DNA of 64,000 nt from Bacteroidales bacterium (GTDB lineage: Bacteria > Bacteroidota > Bacteroidia > Bacteroidales > VadinHA17), in assembly GCA_003142255.1 (NCBI GenBank), contig PLLO01000006.1:211419-275418 (forward strand), given 5' to 3'. This document shows positions 46,077 through 54,487 of this stretch, in pieces (within the stretch, counting starts at the first letter, position 1; every line of letters begins with the position of its first letter). Below the pieces are notes generated by a model that ran no database searches, was not told the origin of the DNA, and saw nothing but the letters and a program-made list of their open reading frames with translations. The translations under genes and the position numbers were made by a program.

Positions 46077-46760
46077 ATGAAAACGAAACTCTTTTTATTG
46101 GTATTTATTTTTGCAGCCTCATGTAGTTGTAGTAATCAGGGGGGGAAGCGAATTCTATCAACAGAGAGAGCCATATACTTATCCCTGACTACTTTAAAAG
46201 ATAAAAACAGTAAGGGTTATGAATCAATAGATCTGATATATTCCAAATACCCTGAAATTCAAGGTGATTTTAAGACAGCTGCAGCTGAGTTGAAACAAAG
46301 ATCAGACGAGGTTTTTAATTATATTCAGGATCTGAAAAAAGATCTGATAATTTTCGCTGATGGAGAAGATTCTCCTGCATTATTGGGAAGCAACATCCTT
46401 ATCTACAAGGTAACTCGTCTGAATAACACCTCTGTACCACGAGATATACTTCTGGGAACTAACGGGGAAGGCAAAGCGTATGCCCTCGAAGCTATATTAA
46501 ATGATTATAAATCATTTTTGAAAGATATAGCCAAGGATGACCCTGTCATTATAGATAAAATAAATAATGTACTGGATCTGAATAATAAAAAATCAATTAA
46601 ATCAAATGAAGCAGAAACAACCTGGGTAGATTACAGTTTTAAGAATAAATCTATGGGCGAAGTTCTGATTCTGCTATATAGTCTTCAAAATGATGTAAGA
46701 AGTCTGGAATCAGATATTCTTGCATTAATAAATGAAAATTTAGATAAAACCGTAAAATAG
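46077..46760 (+). CDS. lipoprotein consisting of a single GldM/PorM D1-like domain
   Basis: Lipobox AASC/SCSC; LKQRSDEVFNYIQDLKKDLIIFADG, GEGKA, WVDYSFKN, LQNDVRSLESDIL follow the GldM N-terminal periplasmic domain pattern. Confidence 0.75.
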   Translation: MKTKLFLLVFIFAASCSCSNQGGKRILSTERAIYLSLTTLKDKNSKGYESIDLIYSKYPEIQGDFKTAAAELKQRSDEVFNYIQDLKKDLIIFADGEDSPALLGSNILIYKVTRLNNTSVPRDILLGTNGEGKAYALEAILNDYKSFLKDIAKDDPVIIDKINNVLDLNNKKSIKSNEAETTWVDYSFKNKSMGEVLILLYSLQNDVRSLESDILALINENLDKTVK

Positions 46761-46826
46761 GATTCAGGTAATAACTGATTTTATTTTACGACATTTAATT
46801 CCGGGGTATTTCCTTTGTTAAGCAAT

Positions 46827-47309
46827 CTACTTCGACTCTTTTGGCAGATACTTAGAAATATATTGTTTTGCAGTAAGTCCATCTGTTATTTCCTGAATCA
46901 TTATATTCTCATCATGCACTTGAATTATACTTGCATATTGCATGTACTTTCTCTTATAGTATATACTTCTTTTATTAGCTTTTTCACCAACTTCCGCAAA
47001 TGTCTTAATTGCCTCAAGATGTTTTTTTACCATATCAGTTTTAGACCCAATCTCAACTGCATTTGTTATTTCCTTATCTATCCTCAATGACTTATGTTCC
47101 GGCATTTTTGCCGCAAAACCCTCATCCCTGGTTTTACGTAAACTATCAGCCTTAATCCTTTGATCCTTAATAACTAAGTTTGCCCGAGCAATAAGACTAT
47201 CACATTCTGATTTCATTTCTGAATACCTTTTTGCTTCTTTTAAGTCTCTTCCACAACCCACAGATAGTATCAGAATCAAAATAATTAATCTTATTCCTGT
47301 CTTTTGCAT
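46827..47309 (-). CDS. hypothetical coiled-coil lipoprotein
   Basis: Lipobox LSVGC; helical K/E-rich body. Confidence 0.65.
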   Translation of the reverse strand: MQKTGIRLIILILILSVGCGRDLKEAKRYSEMKSECDSLIARANLVIKDQRIKADSLRKTRDEGFAAKMPEHKSLRIDKEITNAVEIGSKTDMVKKHLEAIKTFAEVGEKANKRSIYYKRKYMQYASIIQVHDENIMIQEITDGLTAKQYISKYLPKESK

Positions 47310-47534
47310 AATTTATGGTTTGTATATATAGAATACAATTGAATATATTTCTTACAATCTCGATATGTAGTCAAAACTACACTGTGTCCACACCAAAATT
47401 ACATTTATTTGCATATTTAAGATAATCTTTCGTAATTTGATTTGCGTCATTTCCTGCAATTAGATTTTAGCACAAAAGCAGCGAGACATGTTTATTCCAC
47501 TTTAGGGAATGCCATTTTTTCATTAGAAAAAATG

Positions 47535-47542
47535 TAACTTTG
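47535..47542 (+). promoter_or_regulatory. -7 box (TAACTTTG)
   Basis: Exact TAnnTTTG 30 nt upstream of ATG 47573. Confidence 0.55.
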
Positions 47543-47572
47543 ATAATATCCTAATTATCGTACTTTTTATAA

Positions 47573-48100
47573 ATGAAAACACAAACCACGACAATTAAGG
47601 CAATTTCAATAATATTAGCGAGTGCTATATTATCTTCAAGTTGTGCCAGCACAACAATGATTCAATCAACTCCAACTGGTGCAAAAGTATATATTGATGG
47701 TCAATCAGTAGGTACAACACCTTATACTCACAGTGATACAAAAATTCTTGGTAGCACAACAACTGTTAAGTTAGAAAAAGATGGTTATGAAACTTTGAAT
47801 ACTTTTTTTTCAAGAAACGAACAAGCTGATATTGGTGCAATTATTGGTGGATTGCTTATATGGATACCATTTTTATGGACGATGAAGTATAATCCAACTC
47901 ATACTTATGAATTAGTTCCTGCTATTGTTAATCAGCAAACGACCGACAAAACTCTTCAACTACAAAATCCAAATCCAATAAATACTAAATCAAAAGCTGA
48001 CAGACTTCGTGAATTAAAACAACTTCTTGAAGACAAAATTTTAACTCAAGAAGAATTCGAAAAAGAAAAAGCAAAAATATTAGCAGAAGAGAATAAATAA
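47573..48100 (+). CDS. PEGA-domain lipoprotein with C-terminal SHOCT domain
   Basis: Lipobox LSSSC; STPTGAKVYIDGQSVGTTP (PEGA); ADRLRELKQLLEDKILTQEEFEKEKAKIL (SHOCT). Confidence 0.82.
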   Translation: MKTQTTTIKAISIILASAILSSSCASTTMIQSTPTGAKVYIDGQSVGTTPYTHSDTKILGSTTTVKLEKDGYETLNTFFSRNEQADIGAIIGGLLIWIPFLWTMKYNPTHTYELVPAIVNQQTTDKTLQLQNPNPINTKSKADRLRELKQLLEDKILTQEEFEKEKAKILAEENK

Positions 48101-48146
48101 ACATTGTTTAATATTGAGTGGAAGATTCGGTTCAAATTTCTAAAGA

Positions 48147-48545
48147 ATGAGAAAATATGACGTTAAAATAATTATTCGATTTTGCAATTTTTTATTAGAT
48201 ATGTTTGCAATTTCCTTTTTGACAATTATTACCATTTTAATCTTAAAAGGATTTCTTCAATCATTCCAAGATTATAGTTTAAGAAACAATAGGATTATTA
48301 CTTTTATTTTATATTTCTTATACTACTTCATTTTTGAATCATCTTTGTCAACCACCCTTGGTAAATTGATAACAAAAACAAAAGTTGTTGATCAAATTTC
48401 TTTATCCAAACCATCTCTACTGAAAATAATATTACGAACACTGTGTAGATTTATTCCTTTTGAGGGCATAGCCATTTTTTTCTCCGAAAAAAATAGACCA
48501 TTACATGATATAATATCTAGGACTACTGTAATATATAATTGTTGA
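48147..48545 (+). CDS. RDD family protein
   Basis: RFCNFLLD, TLGKLITKTKVV, RTLCRFIPFE, LHDIISRTTV. Confidence 0.82.
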   Translation: MRKYDVKIIIRFCNFLLDMFAISFLTIITILILKGFLQSFQDYSLRNNRIITFILYFLYYFIFESSLSTTLGKLITKTKVVDQISLSKPSLLKIILRTLCRFIPFEGIAIFFSEKNRPLHDIISRTTVIYNC

Positions 48546-48580
48546 TTTTCAATTAATTAACTAATTTAACTCTTAACGTA

Positions 48581-48814
48581 ATGAAAAAATCTAAAATTCA
48601 AATCTTAGCATTATTTTTTTTATTAATAGTTGTGCTTCCTTCGTGTGCTACTATTTTTGGAGGTCCAGTTTCTTCATGTTAAAAGACAAAACCAGCAGTA
48701 GGGCAGACATCAAGAGAAGTACGTGTTGGTGCTTTGGTCGCTGACATTTTACTTTTTTGGCCTTCTGTAATTGTTGATTTTGCAACAAGCGCAATATATA
48801 AACCATGCAGATAG
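48581..48814 (+). pseudogene. small lipoprotein gene interrupted by an in-frame TAA
   Basis: MKKSKIQILALFFLLIVVLPSCATIFGGPVSSC*KTKPAVGQTSREVRVGALVADILLFWPSVIVDFATSAIYKPCR*; internal TAA 48680-48682, final TAG 48812-48814 in the same frame. Confidence 0.7.
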
Positions 48815-48875
48815 AAAAATTATAGCATTACAGTAGTCCTTTATTTTATTAATCACAATAGGTGCCAGAGACCCT

Positions 48876-48980
48876 CTTCAACTTTTCAATTTCTTCAACT
48901 CTTTCTGACCCACCCCTTCCCTCCCGCAAAGCGGGGGAATTCTTATTAATTCTTTTGTCTTTTTCCTTTTGTCTTTTATC
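48876..48980. repeat. stacked short-repeat remnants
   Basis: CTTCAACT-type units 48876-48900; C-run hairpin CCCACCCCTTCCCTCCCGC-AAA-GCGGGGGAA 48909-48939; CTTTTGT-type units 48952-48980. Confidence 0.45.
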
Positions 48981-48998
48981 TTCATTTTCATATATTTG
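48968..48998 (+). promoter_or_regulatory. sigma-ABfr promoter for comM
   Basis: TTTG 48968-48971, N19, TATATTTG 48991-48998. Confidence 0.65.
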
Positions 48999-49035
48999 AT
49001 ACTGCGTTTCCTATTGTGCTAATAAACTTGGAACT

Positions 49036-50574
49036 ATGTTAGTAAGAACATTTGCCAGTGCCGTAACAGGTATTGAAGCAGTGACAGTTACCGTTGAGGT
49101 AAATGTGTCTCAGGGTATCCGTTTTTTCCTTGTCGGCCTGCCCGACAGTGCAGTAAAAGAGAGCCAGCAAAGAATAGAGTCGGCTTTTCGCTCCCTCGGC
49201 TTCCACTGGCCCGGGAAGCAGGTTGTCATCAACATGGCACCTGCAGATATCCGGAAAGAGGGCTCATCATACGATCTGCCTCTTGCTGTCGGTATTCTTG
49301 CTGCTGACGAACGGGTGATTAAGGGAGAAACAGAATCGTACGTAATAATGGGAGAATTGTCTCTTGACGGAACTTTGCAGCCCGTTAAAGGCATTTTGCC
49401 AATCGCATTGAGAGCAAGAGAAGAAAAATTCAAGGGGATGATTGTGCCAGCTAAAAATGCCCGTGAGGCAGCGGTTGTTAATGGACTTGATGTTTATGGA
49501 CTCGAGGCTCTGGGTGATGTGGTTGATTTCTTTAACGGAACAAGGAAATTTGAACCTGTAAGGATAAACCTTGATGAAATCTTTGCAGGTGAGGCTAATA
49601 AATATGATGTCGATTTCTCTGATGTCAGGGGGCAGGAAAGCGTCAAAAGAGCGCTTGAAGTGGCAGCGGCAGGGCACCATAATCTAATTATGATCGGCCC
49701 TCCTGGTTCAGGAAAGACCATGCTGGCAAAACGGCTGAGCACCATAATGCCTCCCCTTACCCTTGAAGAGGCTCTTGAAACAACCAAAATTCATTCTGTG
49801 GCTGGCAAGATTGACGATCATAATCCACTTATGACCAGGAGGCCTTTCAGGTCACCGCATCATACAATTTCTGATGTAGCCCTTGTCGGCGGAGGTACAT
49901 TTCCCCAGCCGGGAGAGATATCACTTGCCCATAACGGTGTCCTTTTTCTTGATGAGCTTCCTGAATTCAAACGAACAGTTCTTGAAGTAATGCGGCAACC
50001 CCTTGAAGACAGGGTAATCACAATTTCCAGGGCAAAATCTACAGTGGACTATCCTGCAAGTTTTATGCTCATTGCGAGCATGAATCCCTGTCCCTGCGGC
50101 TTTCATAACCATCCGGAAAAAGAGTGCATGTGTTCTCCCGGCATGGTGCAGAAGTATCTTAACAGGATTTCCGGACCGCTTCTCGACAGGATTGATATTC
50201 ATATAGAGGTAGTTCCGGTCAAATACGATAAACTAACTGATGCAGGGAAAATTGAAAAATCTACCGAAGTGCGTGAACGTGTTATAAAGGCAAGGATGAT
50301 ACAGACAAAGCGTTTTGAATCGGTTAAGGGTATTTATTCAAATGCGCAGATGACCCCTTCAATGCAGAGGAAATTCTGCCAGCTTGATGAAGCAGGAGGA
50401 AGGCTTCTGAAAATAGCAATGGAGCTTCGGGGGCTCTCTGCAAGGGCATATGACAGGATATTGAAAGTGTCGAGGACTATTGCAGATCTCGCCGGATCTG
50501 AAAATATTTCTGCTGAACATATTTCTGAGGCTATTAATTACCGCAATCTCGACAGGGAGGGATGGGCCGGATAG
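49036..50574 (+). CDS. comM: YifB/ComM Mg-chelatase-like AAA+ ATPase
   Basis: VGLPDSAVKES, NMAPADIRKEGSSYDLP, GPPGSGKT, FRSPHHT, FLDELPEF, NPCPCG, SGPLLDRID, SARAYDR. Confidence 0.95.
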   Translation: MLVRTFASAVTGIEAVTVTVEVNVSQGIRFFLVGLPDSAVKESQQRIESAFRSLGFHWPGKQVVINMAPADIRKEGSSYDLPLAVGILAADERVIKGETESYVIMGELSLDGTLQPVKGILPIALRAREEKFKGMIVPAKNAREAAVVNGLDVYGLEALGDVVDFFNGTRKFEPVRINLDEIFAGEANKYDVDFSDVRGQESVKRALEVAAAGHHNLIMIGPPGSGKTMLAKRLSTIMPPLTLEEALETTKIHSVAGKIDDHNPLMTRRPFRSPHHTISDVALVGGGTFPQPGEISLAHNGVLFLDELPEFKRTVLEVMRQPLEDRVITISRAKSTVDYPASFMLIASMNPCPCGFHNHPEKECMCSPGMVQKYLNRISGPLLDRIDIHIEVVPVKYDKLTDAGKIEKSTEVRERVIKARMIQTKRFESVKGIYSNAQMTPSMQRKFCQLDEAGGRLLKIAMELRGLSARAYDRILKVSRTIADLAGSENISAEHISEAINYRNLDREGWAG

Positions 50575-50576
50575 GT

Positions 50577-50610
50577 ATCGTCTATGTTCGACTTCGCTCA
50601 CATAGACGAT
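50577..50610. repeat. left flanking hairpin of the GIY-YIG cassette
   Basis: Perfect 11-bp stem ATCGTCTATGT/ACATAGACGAT carrying GTTCGACTTCGCTCAC at 50586-50601. Confidence 0.75.
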
Positions 50611-50659
50611 CCAGATCAGCTGGTTCTCTACCCTGGAAAATTAATTGATATTTATCTTG

Positions 50660-50980
50660 ATGAAATGCATGTATGTGTATATACTGGAATGCTCTGATGA
50701 TTCATTTTATATAGGCGTTACAAATAATGTTGGAAGAAGATTTATTGAGCATTCTTCGGGATTGCATGAGAAGGCGTATACATTTAGTCGGAGACCTTTG
50801 AAACTGGTTTACTGCAGACAATTTACAAGCCCAATTAAAGCAATAGAATATGAAAAGCAAATTAAAGGATGGACTCGTGCAAAAAAAATAGCGCTGATAA
50901 ATTGTAATTATGATCAACTGCACTATTTAGCTGAATGTAAGAATAAGACCACTCATAAAAATTTTAACGGGTCAAAGTGA
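50660..50980 (+). CDS. GIY-YIG nuclease (small UPF0213/YhbQ-like)
   Basis: MYVYILECSDDSFYIGVTNNVGRRFIEH, YTFSRRP, AIEYEKQIKGWTRAKK; start 50660 or 50669. Confidence 0.9.
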   Translation: MKCMYVYILECSDDSFYIGVTNNVGRRFIEHSSGLHEKAYTFSRRPLKLVYCRQFTSPIKAIEYEKQIKGWTRAKKIALINCNYDQLHYLAECKNKTTHKNFNGSK

Positions 50981-51000
50981 GCGAAGCCGAACGAAGACCC
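50969..51000. repeat. right flanking hairpin of the GIY-YIG cassette (inverted copy)
   Basis: GGGTC...GACCC stem carrying GTGAGCGAAGCCGAAC at 50977-50992, the reverse complement of the left 16-mer with one mismatch. Confidence 0.75.
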
Positions 51001-51011
51001 GGAGAATGAGG

Positions 51012-51052
51012 CTTCGTGCTCTTAGTGCGTACTTTGTGTTCTTTGTGGTTAA
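51012..51052. repeat. short CTTTGTG-type tandem repeats
   Basis: CTTCGTG, CTTAGTG, CTTTGTG, CTTTGTG at 51012, 51021, 51032, 51041, then GTTAAAAA. Confidence 0.5.
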
Positions 51053-51076
51053 AAATAATCTGCAAGTTCAGCTAAC

Positions 51077-52375
51077 TTAAATATGATCCAGTATATCCAT
51101 GATTTCCTTTCTTTTTGAAGAAAGGTCAGTAACAAGGTTTTTGTTAGTTATTGATTTAATCTGGAACATAAGTGTATGCATGCGCTCCCGGAATATTTCC
51201 TGGTAATAGAGAACCAGGTATCCGGCCGGAAGGACGAGCAGGGCCAGGAGAAGCCCTTTCCATCCTGCAAAAATGACAGCCAGTATAACCAGCAAAGGGA
51301 AGTATATAAGATAGAGGACAGTTCCAGAGCTCACATATACGGAGCTGTAATGACGGCGGTCCCTGATAAGCTTATCGCAAATATATTTGGGAACGAGAAA
51401 TGGGATCAGGTTTGAAATGTACCCTGCAAGAAAGATGGGTGCCCCTGCAATGATAGCAAAATATCTTAACCCCCCCCAGTCAAGCCTTCTTGCAAAATTT
51501 TCATCGCGGAGATGAGCAGAAGAGAGCTTCTCAGTATAGGTTTTAACTTTACTCTTCAATGTTTCGAGATCTTCTTTTGATGTTTTTGCCAGGTAATTGA
51601 TCTTATCAGCAAGCGTTTTTTCCATTGTCCTTCTGTCATCAGTATCAAAACGCCACTGGAAAAAAGGAAGAACCATGTTGTGCCGCTCCATAATAAACAG
51701 GTTTTCAGCAATCCAGTCATTAGCCTTATCTTCAATTATGATGACTTCCTTCAGGAGGCTTTCATTGCACTTCTGAGTAAAGGCAAGAAGAGCTTTTGCG
51801 GGATTTTCCCTGTAGATATCTTTCAATTCCTTTATGCTGAAAGGATCTGAAAAATTGATCATAACCTCCTTGCGAAATTTGTCGGGATAGGTATAATTAA
51901 TTCCAACCGGAACGATGTTTACATCTACGCCGAATTTCTCTTCCGCTCCAAAAGCTATGCGCGCTGTTCCTTTTCTTAGCTTCTGGAGACGCTTTTCCTG
52001 GACACATATTCCCTCTGAAAACATAATAAGGTTACCGTTCTTGCGAAGTATTTCATATATACCGGCAAATGATTCAAGATTTTTATGGACATTTTCCAGA
52101 CCCTCTTCAATTCTGTAAACCGGCGACACATTAAGCTCCCTGAGGCAGAACCTTGCAAATGGTTTTTTGAACATGTCGGCACGCATGGTAAAATATATTG
52201 GCTGGGGCAGGTAAGAGCCGACAAGGATGCCATCCATAAATGAATTCTGGTGATTGCCGACAAAAAGCAATGGTTTTTCAAGCGGGACTTTTTTCAGGTT
52301 AGAATAAAAGATGCGCCTGAAAAATACCCTGAATGTAAAAGGAGGTAAAATATATTTCAAAAGCCTGGAAAACAC
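51077..52375 (-). CDS. 1-acyl-sn-glycerol-3-phosphate acyltransferase family protein (PlsC-like) with C-terminal TM region
   Basis: GNHQNSFMD (HX4D), MFSEG, LRKGTARIA, IVPVGINY. Confidence 0.88.
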   Translation of the reverse strand: MFSRLLKYILPPFTFRVFFRRIFYSNLKKVPLEKPLLFVGNHQNSFMDGILVGSYLPQPIYFTMRADMFKKPFARFCLRELNVSPVYRIEEGLENVHKNLESFAGIYEILRKNGNLIMFSEGICVQEKRLQKLRKGTARIAFGAEEKFGVDVNIVPVGINYTYPDKFRKEVMINFSDPFSIKELKDIYRENPAKALLAFTQKCNESLLKEVIIIEDKANDWIAENLFIMERHNMVLPFFQWRFDTDDRRTMEKTLADKINYLAKTSKEDLETLKSKVKTYTEKLSSAHLRDENFARRLDWGGLRYFAIIAGAPIFLAGYISNLIPFLVPKYICDKLIRDRRHYSSVYVSSGTVLYLIYFPLLVILAVIFAGWKGLLLALLVLPAGYLVLYYQEIFRERMHTLMFQIKSITNKNLVTDLSSKRKEIMDILDHI

Positions 52376-52620
52376 TATTTAACCCTGTTTTTATCCTCTG
52401 ATTAAACTAACAAGTTATCAATAAAAAATTAATGATAAAATAAGTATTAAGTCTTATTCTGGAGGTCTATTTACGAAGGTGAGCAGATAGATCATTTTAA
52501 TTAAAATGTGTTGTTAATCAGCAGGATAGGCTCTTTTTATTTTCAATTTCATAGTTTACTTTGCAGAGTTATTAAATTTTGTTAATTTTATCTTTTTAAA
52601 ACCTACCTGATCTTCTTTGC

Positions 52621-53736
52621 ATGGATCTCATAAGCAGGATTCGCGATAAAATGATGCAGGAACGCCTTATGTTCGTATACCGGGGCGTTGTAACAAATGA
52701 GAATTCCGTTCCTCTCCTTATGCTGCTGGAAAAAGAGATGGAGAATTCGGAATTTGGATTTGTCGGGAGAAAAAGAGTTTTTATGTTCGTCCTGGAGAGC
52801 CTCCAGAATGTTACAAGGCACAGTGATGGCAGCGAACATGCAGGTATGTCGCTGGTTGTTTATTCCAAAGTAAACGGAGGATATATAGTTACTACGGGTA
52901 ATGTAATCTCAACTTCAAATATTGATGATCTTAAAAAACGCCTTGATGAGATAAATCATCTGGAAACCGGTGAACTCAGAAGCGTTTACAGGCAAATGCT
53001 GAGCAATTCTGAGTTCAGCAGTAAGGGCGGTGCCGGTCTGGGGCTTATTGAGATGGCTAAAAAAACCGGGAATAAGCTTGATTATGATTTCATGCAGCTT
53101 GATAGCGAGCATTCATATTTTATATTAAGCAAAACAGTTGATTCAGAAGGGATCGGGGTCCATTACAATACGCCGGAAAAACCATTCAGCGGCGAAAATA
53201 TGTCTCAGCTTGAAAGACTTATGGCCGAGAACAACATTTACCTTTTATGGTCAGGGCACATAACTCCTGATGTAGGGAAAGAAGTTCTTTCATTTACTGA
53301 AACCAAGCTCACCGAAGATGATGTCGAAACAAATCAGAAACGACGGGTTTTCAGTATCCTTGTTGAGATAATCGAGAATGTGGCAAAATACAGTCCCGGC
53401 CGTGATCCTGAAGAGAAATTCGGAATGCCGATTGCCATGATAAGGTTTGGGGATAGGACTTATACTATTACCACTGGTAATCTGGTAAAAAATGAAAAGG
53501 TTGATCAACTGAAGGATACCCTTGATAAAATAAACAGTTACGACAAGGCAGGATTAAAGGGATTATTCAGGAAATCACTCTCGGAACAGAACAACAGCAG
53601 TGACGGAACCGGAAATATGGGATTCATTGACATGGCACGGAAATCGGGAAGCAAGCTGGTCTATCAATTCGAAAAACTGAATGACTCATATTCGTATTAT
53701 ACCCTTTCGGTTAAGGTAGGAGAGAAAGTTGATTAA
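52621..53736 (+). CDS. tandem SiaB-family (GHKL-like) protein kinase, two domains
   Basis: Domain 1 RKRVFMFVLESLQNVTRH..GGAGLGLIEMAKKTG; domain 2 KRRVFSILVEIIENVAKY..GTGNMGFIDMARKSG. Confidence 0.78.
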   Translation: MDLISRIRDKMMQERLMFVYRGVVTNENSVPLLMLLEKEMENSEFGFVGRKRVFMFVLESLQNVTRHSDGSEHAGMSLVVYSKVNGGYIVTTGNVISTSNIDDLKKRLDEINHLETGELRSVYRQMLSNSEFSSKGGAGLGLIEMAKKTGNKLDYDFMQLDSEHSYFILSKTVDSEGIGVHYNTPEKPFSGENMSQLERLMAENNIYLLWSGHITPDVGKEVLSFTETKLTEDDVETNQKRRVFSILVEIIENVAKYSPGRDPEEKFGMPIAMIRFGDRTYTITTGNLVKNEKVDQLKDTLDKINSYDKAGLKGLFRKSLSEQNNSSDGTGNMGFIDMARKSGSKLVYQFEKLNDSYSYYTLSVKVGEKVD

Positions 53737-54479
53737 TCTGCCAGCCTGAAAGCAAGTTCACTTCCATCCCATACAGCATAGTTGCTATGTTTTATCCAGT
53801 CCCCAAGAAAAATTATCTCAGCCCCGTTCTTTAGCTTATATGTCGTTGCCAGGTGGCGATGTCCAAAAACAAAATAATCGATCTTTTCATCTTCGGGAAA
53901 TGAAAGCGCATACCTGATAAGATCCTCTTTTTCTTCTCCCATGAATTCTTTTGTTATCCCTTTTCCAAGTCTTGAGTTCAGGGACCATTTAAGCCCGAAT
54001 CCAACTCCTATTGATGGATGCATAGCAGAATAGAGCACTCGCAATGGCTTACAATGGAATATTTTCAGGAGAATTTTAAAGCCGGGGTCTTTTATCCCAA
54101 GACCTTCTCCATGAGCAAGATGAAACTTTTTGCCGTTAAAGGACGTAGTCAGCGGGCTTGTATGAATTGTAAGCCCGCATTCTATTGACAGATAATCACC
54201 GACCCACATATCATGGTTCCCGGTAAAAAAATGCACGGGAATTCCGGAATCAGTTATTGATGAGAGAGTGCCTAAAAAGCGGGTGAATCCTTTTGGGACA
54301 ACAAGCTTATATTCCCACCAGAAATCAAAAATATCTCCAAGAAGCCAGATCTCCCTTGCATCGGCCGCAGCTTTTACAAGCCATGTCACTACCTTCTTCT
54401 CGCGCTCAATGGCCGGGCTCCCGGCATTAAGTCCAAGATGAAAATCAGAAGCGAAATATATCTTACCCCGGTCAATCAA
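53733..54479 (-). CDS. lpxH: UDP-2,3-diacylglucosamine diphosphatase
   Basis: ASDFHLG, LGDIFDFW, TGNHD, AHGEG, FGHRH metallophosphoesterase motifs. Confidence 0.88.
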   Translation of the reverse strand: MIDRGKIYFASDFHLGLNAGSPAIEREKKVVTWLVKAAADAREIWLLGDIFDFWWEYKLVVPKGFTRFLGTLSSITDSGIPVHFFTGNHDMWVGDYLSIECGLTIHTSPLTTSFNGKKFHLAHGEGLGIKDPGFKILLKIFHCKPLRVLYSAMHPSIGVGFGLKWSLNSRLGKGITKEFMGEEKEDLIRYALSFPEDEKIDYFVFGHRHLATTYKLKNGAEIIFLGDWIKHSNYAVWDGSELAFRLAD

Positions 54480-54487
54480 TTTTGATA

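Noticed and set aside
48680-48682. Stop-codon recoding or programmed readthrough
   Set aside because: TAA is the main stop for many genes in this window, so recoding is implausible; a point mutation or error is simpler
49036-50574. comM as an integration hot spot
   Set aside because: comM is intact with all motifs, and no integrase or att duplication is present
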